From Candidatus Hydrogenedentota bacterium (GTDB taxonomy: Bacteria; Hydrogenedentota; Hydrogenedentia; Hydrogenedentales; SLHB01), in assembly GCA_034408725.1 (NCBI GenBank), contig JAWXCN010000278.1, positions 1 through 11,978 on the forward strand: DNA of 11,978 nt, written 5' to 3'. Each line of letters begins with the position of its first letter. Within the stretch, counting starts at the first letter, position 1. Under the pieces are notes generated by a model that had not been told where the DNA came from, made no database searches, and was given only the letters and a program-made list of their open reading frames with translations. Below are positions 1 to 7,224 of the stretch, piece by piece. Position numbers and translations under genes: made by a program.

Positions 1-537
1 GAGCACCCGCGCGCCGGGCCGCCCCGCCAGAATCGCGTCGTGGTACAACTCCGCTCCGTCGCCGAAAAACACGGTGTCCGCCGGCGCTTCATTCAAAAGC
101 GCGTCTATCGGGACTACACGGTCGCTCACAATCTTTTCACGCGCGCCGCCCTCGAACCGGTACACCGCCGCGAACACTTCCTTCATTTTGGCGTCCAACA
201 TGGGGCAGACCGTCGCATCGTGAAACGCGCCCAGACGGGTCAGCGCATCCAGCGTGGGAACGCCCACCAGGGGCAAGCCGCTGGCAAACGCCAGACCTTT
301 CCACGCGGATACGCCTATGCGCAGGCCCGTAAAGGAACCAGGACCAATGGATACGGCAAGCAGTTCCAAATCGTTCAGCGAAAGCCCCGCTTCCCGTAGC
401 ACCCAATCCACCGTGCCCATGAGCCGTTCAGCATGCGCGCGCCCACAATCGACTACCGCCTCCGCCAGGATGCGTTCCCCCTCGCACACGGCAACTGTGT
501 TTACGGGCGTGCTGGTGTCTGCGGCAAGTGTTTTCAT
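1..537 (-). CDS. tsaB: tRNA threonylcarbamoyladenosine biosynthesis protein TsaB (YeaZ), 3' end runs off the window
   Basis: Manual minus-strand translation from ATG at 537: MKTLAADTSTPVNTVAVCEGERILAEAVVDCGRAHAERLMGTVDWVLREAGLSLNDLELLAVSIGPGSFTGLRIGVSAWKGLAFASGLPLVGVPTLDAL...PMLDAKMKEVFAAVY. It has the TsaB signature GPGSFTGLRIG, the N-terminal DTS and the HAERL motif. No stop codon falls in the window, so it is missing from the ORF track. Confidence 0.95.
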   Translation of the reverse strand, partial: MKTLAADTSTPVNTVAVCEGERILAEAVVDCGRAHAERLMGTVDWVLREAGLSLNDLELLAVSIGPGSFTGLRIGVSAWKGLAFASGLPLVGVPTLDALTRLGAFHDATVCPMLDAKMKEVFAAVYRFEGGAREKIVSDRVVPIDALLNEAPADTVFFGDGAELYHDAILAGRPGARVL

Positions 538-592
538 ACCTATGACGATCATATCGCGCCCGCCCGGATCGGTCAATGCGCGGGAAACCGCC

Positions 593-884
593 TTGGACTG
601 CGGTAGCGCAGTCCGCTTCGGACGCAGCTACCGCTTTCACTTCGGGTTCCAGGAAGTCTCGACCGGTGCAGCGCGCTGCTGCTCTCTTGAGTCCAAAGCG
701 GCAGCGCTACCACTCCAAAGCGCTCCGCGCGGAGCGCCTTGGACTGCGGTAGCGCAGTCCGCTTCGGACGCAGCTACCGCTTTCACTTCGGTTTCCAGGA
801 AGTCTCGACCCGTGCATCGCGCTGCTGCTCACTTGAATCCAAAGCGGCAGCTACCGCTGTCGCACTCCAAAGCGCTCCGCGCGG
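593..884. repeat. REP/REPIN-like cluster 1: two tandem modules (period 146 bp)
   Basis: REP-A at 593-637 and 739-783; 57-bp spacers at 638-694 and 784-840; inverted REP-B at 695-718 (6 bp shorter) and 841-870. The units are joined by the perfect 18-bp palindrome GCGCTCCGCGCGGAGCGC (720-737). Confidence 0.9.
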
Positions 885-952
885 ATTCTCGACGTCATTC
901 GGCCGGGCCCAGCGTCATCTAAATCTGAAATCTGAAATTTTCCCCGGATGGG

Positions 953-981
953 TTGGAAAATTCCCAGTTCAGTGATACAAT
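953..981 (+). promoter_or_regulatory. Putative sigma70 promoter for the small lipoprotein gene
   Basis: TTGGAA (953-958), a 17-bp spacer and TACAAT (976-981), with an extended -10 TGn at 973-975. Confidence 0.55.
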
Positions 982-1057
982 CGCACCAGAAATCATTTGT
1001 CCCTTACTTTACTGGGTAACGGGTAACGGTGTAACACAACATTGGAGGAACGATTCG

Positions 1058-1312
1058 ATGAACAGGTTTTTTGCGGCTCTCTTCGTTGGCGCCTTTTCCG
1101 TAGCGTTGCTGCCCTCGTGCGGCGGCAGTAAGGATGCGTCGCAGGCGGACCTGCCGCCCAACGTGGCTTCTCAAAAGGAACTGCGGGACATGAAAAAGAA
1201 TCCTGAGCTATACACCCCCGCCCAGCTCGAGGGCGCCGGCCTTGACGGTTCCCTGGGCACGCCGGACGAAGGCGCCGCTCCCGCGGAAGGCGAAGCCCCC
1301 GCGACGCCATAG
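1058..1312 (+). CDS. Small hypothetical lipoprotein (84 aa)
   Basis: GGAGG RBS at 1044-1048 before ATG 1058. The sequence MNRFFAALFVGAFSVALLPS-C-GGSK gives a signal peptide II with a lipobox-like LPSC, followed by a Pro/Ala/Glu-rich tail and a strong terminator. The ORF-track start at 953 lies on the promoter and is probably wrong. Confidence 0.8.
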   Translation: MNRFFAALFVGAFSVALLPSCGGSKDASQADLPPNVASQKELRDMKKNPELYTPAQLEGAGLDGSLGTPDEGAAPAEGEAPATP

Positions 1313-1333
1313 TACGCACTACTTTTAAGATTC

Positions 1334-1375
1334 AAAAAGTCCGTGATGCGATTCCGCATCGCGGACTTTTTTTTT
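1334..1375 (+). terminator. Rho-independent terminator (possibly bidirectional)
   Basis: AAAAAGTCCGTGATGCG-ATTC-CGCATCGCGGAC-T9, about 20 bp after the lipoprotein stop codon. Confidence 0.88.
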
Positions 1376-1401
1376 GAAGTGCAGCGAGTCGAAGCGTACG
1401 G

Positions 1402-1702
1402 AACATCCCCCTAAATCCACCTTCAAAGGGGGGACTTTAAAGAGGGATTCATAGGCCATTCGGGTAATCCCACAGCGAGTGGCGCTATAGCGAGTGGCGC
1501 TGATAGGAGCCCGTGGCAGAAGTGATTTTGATGCGTTCGAACCCCGGAAAATAAGGCATTTTTCGATGTCGAATTGGTCTTTTTCGACTTCTACCACGGG
1601 CTGATAGCGAGTGGCGCTATAGCCTGTGCTTGCCTTTTCCCTTCATTAGTCGCTCGCACAGTTTCTTAAGTCCGCCTTCGAAGGGGGATTTAGGGGGATG
1701 TT
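1402..1702. repeat. Pair of ~37-bp inverted repeats of a second REP-like family (CCCCCTAAATCC[A/C]CCTTC..GGGGGAC type)
   Basis: 1402-1440 AACATCCCCCTAAATCCACCTTCAAAGGGGGGACTTTAA matches the reverse complement of 1666-1702 (AACATCCCCCTAAATCCCCCTTCGAAGGCGGACTTAA). The first 17 bp are identical and each arm has its own hairpin. Confidence 0.8.
1507..1602. mobile_element. MITE-like element or internally deleted IS remnant (~96 bp)
   Basis: Terminal inverted repeats AGCCCGTGGCAGAAGT (1508-1523) and ACTTCTACCACGGGCT (1587-1602) match at 15/16. GATAG flanks both sides (1502-1506, 1603-1607). The interior is AT-rich, and the element interrupts a tandem AGCGAGTGGCGCT repeat. Confidence 0.6.
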
Positions 1703-1735
1703 TTTCCTGTTTCCTTCGTTAGCCGCTCGCACTGT

Positions 1736-1772
1736 AAAAAAAACCGAGCCCGGACCTTCCGGTCCGGGCTCG
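1736..1772 (-). terminator. Rho-independent terminator of the DUF1559 gene
   Basis: Minus strand reads CGAGCCCGGACC-GGAA-GGTCCGGGCTCG-G-T8: a perfect 12-bp stem with a GNRA loop. Confidence 0.9.
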
Positions 1773-1814
1773 AAGCACTTACCACGCGGGTTGGGCGTGG
1801 ATTTTTAACTTAGG

Positions 1815-2891
1815 TTAGAAGTACGCCCAATTGACGGCTTCTTCCGTGAAGGGCCAGTTCTTGGTGCCCGGGTCCGCGAACAAGCGCACGAACTCGACGT
1901 GACCATCCATGTACAGCACGTTCGATCCACCAGGAATGTGGTTGAAGTTGCCGACATAGTTTTCACTGCTCGGGGTGTACGCATTGGGCGGCGCCGCAAA
2001 GGGATCGTCGTCGTACGTGCTGCCACGTGCGCTGTCCCAATATACCGGCACTTCGGATTCCGCCTTCGACGCTGATGCAGGGTTCGATACGTCGGTGATC
2101 AGGAAGCGCGCAATACCTTCACGCAACCACATCGCCGAAACGTCCGTGCCGCCACCGTAGTTCGGCAGGAAGATGTCAACGTTTTCCCACTGGCTCTGCC
2201 AGTCGCTACCACCGGCCTGGCCGGGAAGCGTGGCACCAACCGTGTCATCATCATAGTCGAGAACCATCGAGATGATCTGCATGTCGCTGCGTTCAGTCGT
2301 CCACAGCGGGTTGACAAGACGGGGACGGTATGCGTACGAATAGTTCGACGTGCGCAGGAACCAACCCGCGGTGGAGTTATCAATACGCGCCTGGGCCGCC
2401 GCGCGCATCGCCGGCGTTACCTTCGGATCAAGCTGGGCTGCCGCGCTCGCCCACGTCGTGTTGACACGGCGGAACTTGCTGCAACCCAAACCTGCAAGGC
2501 AACGTGAGATGTCTTTTTCCTTGTCCACCTTCTCGGCGCCTTCGGCTTCCGACGGGCAGATCGGGATGTTCGGGTCGGTCAGGTACTCAGGGTACAACTG
2601 GCCACCGTCGATGTCCGACCAAATGCCGATATCGCCCTTGTTGCCAGTATTGTTGGTAAGACTGCTATATGCACTGTCGTACCGGATCATGTTGTAGGGG
2701 TAATATTCACCACTGGTTTCGCCCGTGAACATCTTGATGATGATACCCATCTGCTTCAAGTTGTTCTGGCAGCTCGAACGACGGGCTGCTTCGCGGGCAC
2801 GAGCCAACGCCGGAAGGAGAATCGCCGCCAAAATGGCGATGATGGCGATTACCACCAGCAGCTCGATAAGCGTAAAGCCTTTCTTCTTCAT
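1815..2891 (-). CDS. Prepilin-type N-terminal cleavage/methylation protein of the DUF1559 (SBP_bac_10) family with a C-terminal H-X9-DG-like motif (358 aa)
   Basis: N-terminus [49 protein letters not shown]; internal CPS; C-terminal [18 protein letters not shown]. The RBS AAGGGAG precedes ATG 2891, so the track start at 2945 is probably 18 codons too long. Confidence 0.93.
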   Translation of the reverse strand: MKKKGFTLIELLVVIAIIAILAAILLPALARAREAARRSSCQNNLKQMGIIIKMFTGETSGEYYPYNMIRYDSAYSSLTNNTGNKGDIGIWSDIDGGQLYPEYLTDPNIPICPSEAEGAEKVDKEKDISRCLAGLGCSKFRRVNTTWASAAAQLDPKVTPAMRAAAQARIDNSTAGWFLRTSNYSYAYRPRLVNPLWTTERSDMQIISMVLDYDDDTVGATLPGQAGGSDWQSQWENVDIFLPNYGGGTDVSAMWLREGIARFLITDVSNPASASKAESEVPVYWDSARGSTYDDDPFAAPPNAYTPSSENYVGNFNHIPGGSNVLYMDGHVEFVRLFADPGTKNWPFTEEAVNWAYF

Positions 2892-3118
2892 TCTCAGGGA
2901 CTCCCTTGGCCGATGCACCGGCCCCTGCCTCACGGCAGTCGCCACTGCACCGGAACCTCAGTTGTTAAACGTTAATAGTTATGAATTACTGCAAGATACG
3001 TTGATTCAAGAGTCCAAACAAATCGGATTCGAGAGAATTGCACCCTCCCTAAGTTATGGGGACCACCGAAGCAATCCCGCAGCCACGATTCAACCCACTT
3101 GGAAGTGCCTACGCAATA

Positions 3119-3147
3119 ACTATACAAGCCGAACCAGTTTTTGACAA
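3119..3147 (-). promoter_or_regulatory. Putative sigma70 promoter of the DUF1559 gene
   Basis: Minus strand TTGTCA (3147-3142), exactly 17 bp, then TATAGT (3124-3119). Each box is one mismatch from consensus. Confidence 0.7.
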
Positions 3148-3219
3148 GCACTTTTTTAGCAGGCCTCGAACCGTGCCCTGGCGCCCTCCAGGACGGTGGC
3201 CAACCCCCCTTGTAAAGTG

Positions 3220-3595
3220 AAAGCGGTAGCTGCGTCCGAAGGCGGACTCCGCTACCGCAATCCAAATAGCGCACTTTCCAACTCAACGGTCAGCCCATTT
3301 TGGAGTGCGGTAGCGGTAGCTACCGCTTTCACTTCAAGCGACCAGCAGCGCCACGCATCAGTCCAGACCACTTGCAATCCGAAGCGAAAGCGGTAGCTGC
3401 GTCCGAAGCGGACTCCGCTTCCGCAGTCCAAGGCGCTGGAGCGCGCTGGGTTTGCTGAGAAGCCTATTTGGACTGCGGCGGCCCCCAAGGCGCCGCTTTG
3501 GCTGTTTATCACAGTTGGCCTACCCTTGCCGTGTGCGCGTACGACGTCGTCGCCCATAAACAGCCAAAGCGGTAGCTACCGTTACCGCACTCCAA
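3220..3595. repeat. REP/REPIN-like cluster 2
   Basis: Reverse REP-A at 3220-3265. A complete 132-bp module in reverse orientation at 3300-3431 (REP-B 3300-3329, 57-bp spacer, REP-A 3387-3431). A second pair at 3468-3499 and 3566-3595 encloses a different 66-bp spacer. Confidence 0.9.
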
Positions 3596-3604
3596 GGCTC
3601 GCGC

Positions 3605-3638
3605 AAAAAAACGGCCCACGCACATTCGCATGGGCCGT
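3605..3638 (-). terminator. Rho-independent terminator of the beta-propeller gene
   Basis: Minus strand ACGGCCCATGCG-AATG-TGCGTGGGCCGT followed by a T-run, 22 bp after the stop codon. Confidence 0.85.
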
Positions 3639-3660
3639 CTGACAAACTTAATTACGTCTC

Positions 3661-6444
3661 TTAAAGAGGCAGTTGCACAATCCCGAAGTAGCCGAGCGGT
3701 GCAAACGCGCCATTCTCGCCAAACCGAATCTGATTGGGCGTTCCCATTACCTCGACGATTTCTTTAAGGTCGGGACTCCCACTGCAGTCGTAACGGACAA
3801 TCGCGCCGCCACCGACGCCGAAGTAAGCGCTCGTGCCGTTCGCATCCACGAGGTTTGCCCACGATTCAGTCACAAGCACGTCTCCGCCGCTCTGCAACGC
3901 GCCCGCGGGCGATACGTCGACAATGTCGAGGTTTACGCCATCATCGTAAGACTCGACAAACAACTTCGCGCCGCGGCCCAGTACAACCGACGTATTACTG
4001 GGCAGTGTCGTGTCATCGATTTCATCCACGCCCAGCCCGCCGTTCCACGACACGCTACGGACAAGCGAGTCATACCCGGCTCCGCTCTCCCATTGATCGT
4101 CGCGCAACACGAGCACGCCAGCATCCGAATCATACTGCACAAATGTGCCGGGCACGTTTACCGTCGGACCCGCGTCGAGTTCCGCCGGATCGAACTCCGT
4201 GATGAAGTACGCGCACAACGGCGCCTGGTTCAGCGGAAACCCAAATTCATTAACGTACGTCTTGCTCGATACGTAGACCTTGTCACCCACGGGCTCGACG
4301 GTCGCGACCGCCTGGAAGCCGAGCCCGATTGTCGCGGACACCTCGAGCGCATCAAGGTCCACAAGCGCAAGCCCTTCGTACGGGACGTTGTCGCCAAGCG
4401 TCTCGTCCCACGCATCCGCCGTGCAACGCAATACCAGCGTATCGCCGGCGATCATCGTCGTTTCCTGTTGATGCGCAGGCAGTCTGGGCCAGAACATCGC
4501 ATCGATCGCCACACCTGCACCGCCGGGCACCATGCCGCCACCACCGCCTACAACGTCGTCAAATAGCGGCAGCACCCACCAGAACCCGTAATAGGGCCGG
4601 ACGTCAACATCGAGCGTGCCATCGACCTCTGGATTCACGGGATCGGCAAAGTCCAACACCGCAACCTTGTATCCCGGTTCGTCGTTCCAGGACGTACCGA
4701 TCAGCACAACCGAATCGCCGCGCTTGTGCGCGCCGGCGAGTTGTCCGATTTCGACTTCGACTTCACCCAGGCCGCCTTTCAACGGCAGACCCACGGCGCG
4801 CGCGATGGTTTTGCCCGTGTCGTACTGCGTGAGAATTTCCACGCCAACAGTCGCGGACAACTCGATAAAGTCCGCGACGTTCTCCGCGAGGACAACGCTA
4901 TCCGTAACGGCTGGCGCATCAAGATTGGCGCCGTCGATTTGTGCGAGCTGCTCGCTCGTCACCCCATAGAAATCGTCCTCATAGGCGAACGACCGCACGA
5001 TGCTGCCTTGCAGATCCACCGTGCCGCGTTTGGTGAGATCGCTTGGCGACCACGACACAAATTGCAGACGATCAAATCCGCCGCCCGTTTCTTCCCATCC
5101 GGAGAATGGAACAATGATGACATCGTCCAGAACGGTCAACGCCTTTACATCCTCGAACGCGCTGGACCAGCTCCAGTTCTCTCCGAAGCTCACACGGTCC
5201 GTCAACGACGGGTTCGCGGGGTCCGCGACGTTGAACAGGCTCATGCTCACCTTCCAATCGCCGTCCGTGTCATCGACGCCGAGCGCAACAAGCGTGTCGC
5301 CGTGCGCCTCGATATGCGTCGACCAGCCGGGTACTTCGAGTTCGCCCGCCACCACGGGGTTCGCGGGATCGGAAAGATCGATCACAAACAGAGGGTCCAC
5401 CTGGAAAAACGTGACGATATACGCGCGGGTTCCGTCGAACCGGGTCGCAAACAGCGTTTCGCCATCGGCGCGATCGAAATGCATGTCCGCGAGAATCGCG
5501 AGGTCATTCGGATTGGCGAGATCGACCGTCGTAACGTATGTACGGCGGCCATCATCCTGCCAGCCGTTGGACACTATCCGAAGCACACCATCGAACGCAT
5601 CCATCTTGAACTTGTCCGCGATGTGCCCCGTGACCTTGACAGAATCGCTGACTTGCAAATCGCCCGCGGCGTCGCTGATATCGATATACGTAATCGTGCT
5701 TTCGTCGTCGTTCCAGTCCCATCCCGCAACGAACATCGCCGTGTTCGTCGCGTATACGACATCGCCAATGCTGCTCGTCGATACCTGGTCCACTTCGAAA
5801 ATATTGTCCTCGTCGGCGATGTTTACGCTCTTGATATGCGACGCGGAAGCTTTCGCTTTCACCGCGATGCCATCTAGCCAGCTCCAATCGTATTCCGCGG
5901 TCACGGCATACAAGACATCACCCACAAGACGGCTGTCAGCAAGATCACCCTCGAGCCCGAAGGTGGAAACGATTTCGCAATCGGCAGGATCGGCAATATC
6001 GACGACATACAGCCGGGACGCAATTTCGTAGGACACCGTGTCGCCGTTCGCCTCAAAATCCGCGGCATAGGCCACCAGCACATAGGCGCGGTTCCCAACC
6101 ACGTAGAGATCGCGGGGAAAGCCAAGCGTGGGGACCTGGTCGATGACTTCCTTCGATTCCATGTCCACCAGCGTCAACCCGCGGTACTGGTTCAGCACGT
6201 AGAGCGTGTCGCCAACCAGACGGATGACGTCTGGCTCGACCAACTCCCGCGCCGGGACGTCCCCACCATCGCCACCGCCCGCGCCGCCGCCTTCGGCACC
6301 GGCGAGGAAATCGTTCAAGCCGCGCCAGCCACCTTGTAAATCGGCGCTGGTGTATTCGAACCCTTTTGGATCATTGAGGCGCGGACAACCCATTAGCAGG
6401 CCGAGCGCGAGCGGGATCGCTAGAAAAGACAGGAACTTACGCAT
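3661..6444 (-). CDS. Secreted lipoprotein with beta-propeller domain (Beta_propel PF09826 / COG4880-like), 927 aa
   Basis: Lipobox in MRKFLSFLAIPLALGLLMG-C-P and a GGGG RBS before ATG 6444. Family-typical segments include EPDVIRLVGDTLYVL, DGVLRIVS and ETLFATRFDGTRAYIVTFFQVDPLFVIDLSDPANPVVAGELEVPGWS. D-x-x-D/N-P-A-N-P blades repeat and the protein is very acidic. Family call is by motif recognition, not a search. Confidence 0.88.
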   Translation of the reverse strand: MRKFLSFLAIPLALGLLMGCPRLNDPKGFEYTSADLQGGWRGLNDFLAGAEGGGAGGGDGGDVPARELVEPDVIRLVGDTLYVLNQYRGLTLVDMESKEVIDQVPTLGFPRDLYVVGNRAYVLVAYAADFEANGDTVSYEIASRLYVVDIADPADCEIVSTFGLEGDLADSRLVGDVLYAVTAEYDWSWLDGIAVKAKASASHIKSVNIADEDNIFEVDQVSTSSIGDVVYATNTAMFVAGWDWNDDESTITYIDISDAAGDLQVSDSVKVTGHIADKFKMDAFDGVLRIVSNGWQDDGRRTYVTTVDLANPNDLAILADMHFDRADGETLFATRFDGTRAYIVTFFQVDPLFVIDLSDPANPVVAGELEVPGWSTHIEAHGDTLVALGVDDTDGDWKVSMSLFNVADPANPSLTDRVSFGENWSWSSAFEDVKALTVLDDVIIVPFSGWEETGGGFDRLQFVSWSPSDLTKRGTVDLQGSIVRSFAYEDDFYGVTSEQLAQIDGANLDAPAVTDSVVLAENVADFIELSATVGVEILTQYDTGKTIARAVGLPLKGGLGEVEVEIGQLAGAHKRGDSVVLIGTSWNDEPGYKVAVLDFADPVNPEVDGTLDVDVRPYYGFWWVLPLFDDVVGGGGGMVPGGAGVAIDAMFWPRLPAHQQETTMIAGDTLVLRCTADAWDETLGDNVPYEGLALVDLDALEVSATIGLGFQAVATVEPVGDKVYVSSKTYVNEFGFPLNQAPLCAYFITEFDPAELDAGPTVNVPGTFVQYDSDAGVLVLRDDQWESGAGYDSLVRSVSWNGGLGVDEIDDTTLPSNTSVVLGRGAKLFVESYDDGVNLDIVDVSPAGALQSGGDVLVTESWANLVDANGTSAYFGVGGGAIVRYDCSGSPDLKEIVEVMGTPNQIRFGENGAFAPLGYFGIVQLPL

Positions 6445-6637
6445 GACTAATTCCCCTGTTCCGCATCCGTTATCTGCACGCTGCAGTATAGCGTACACCC
6501 ACGGATTTCGCCATCATCTGCGGCTACAGGCCCAAGACAGCCGGACATTCCGCTGTCCTACCGCATAGTTTCCCATCAACCATACCTGTGACTTGCAACT
6601 GTATTACTTTCAGGGATTTTCAATTCGTTCTCCTCAT

Positions 6638-7199
6638 AGTCCGCTTCGGACGGAGCTACCGCTTTCGCTTCGGATTGCGAGTGGTCTTGAGCGGTGCGTG
6701 GCGCTGCTGCCCTCTTGAAGTAAAAGCGGCAGCTACCGCCGCCGCACTCCAAGGCTTTGGACTGCGGTAGCGGAGTCCGCTTCGGACGGAGCTACCGCTT
6801 TCACTTCGGATTGCGAGTGGTCTTGAGCGATGCGTGGCGCTGTTGGTTTCTTGAAGCAAAAGCGGCAGCTACCGCCGCCGCACTCCAAGGCCTTGGACTG
6901 CGGTAGCGGAGTCCGCTTCGGACGGAGCTACCGCTTTCGCTTCGGATTGCGAGTGGTCTTGAGCGGTGCGTGGCGCTGCTGCCCGCTTGAAGTAAAAGCG
7001 GCAGCTACCGCCGCCGCACTCCAAGGCTTTGGACTGCGGTAGCGGAGTCCGCTTCGGACGGAGCTACCGCTTTGGCTTCCGGCGGAGCCGGAGTCTATTG
7101 GCAACGGCTTATGCTCTCAGATTGCCATAGCGCATAAAGTCTGTGAAGAAATGGCGGCAGCTACCGCCGCCGCACTCCAAGGCCCTTTGGATTGCGGTA
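6638..7199. repeat. REP/REPIN (BIME-like) tandem array, cluster 3 (period 136 bp)
   Basis: Unit starts (TTGGACTG) at 6757, 6893 and 7029, with a 5'-truncated unit from 6638. REP-B ends at 6752, 6888, 7024 and 7180. Linkers are 4 bp (GGCT/GGCC). The last unit has an unrelated 80-bp spacer, and a degenerate REP head starts at 7187. Confidence 0.95.
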
Positions 7200-7224
7200 G
7201 AGCATGTCGCCCACCGTACCCGCT

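Noticed and set aside
40-399. Plus-strand 119-aa ORF
   Set aside because: It is antisense to tsaB, which carries the conserved motifs.
254-975. Repeat-derived ORFs (254-922, 739-975, 428-640; likewise 2972-3286, 3196-3396, 3252-3557, 6588-6770, 6656-6859, 6830-7042) sharing DCGSGVRFGRSYRF or WSAAAVAAAF
   Set aside because: These are translations of the REP module. They lack an RBS and the array periods (146, 136) are not multiples of three. Variable spacer sites by codon position (about 4/9/11 by my count) are too few to show coding selection in any frame.
1325-1597. 90-aa minus-strand ORF
   Set aside because: It runs through the MITE, the inverted repeat and a terminator, and has no RBS or transposase-like motifs.
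3141-3146. Perfect TTGACA on the plus strand as a promoter firing into REP cluster 2
   Set aside because: There is no -10 element at a suitable distance; it is explained as the overlap with the minus-strand TTGTCA.
3673-6568. Long plus-strand ORFs (3673-4566, 4726-5877, 5000-6031, 6206-6568)
   Set aside because: They are antisense shadows of the GC-rich beta-propeller gene, with no recognisable motifs.
6638-7199. CRISPR array
   Set aside because: The spacers are near-identical rather than unique, each unit holds two inverted palindromes, the period is 136 bp, the same unit is scattered in both orientations, and no cas genes are present.
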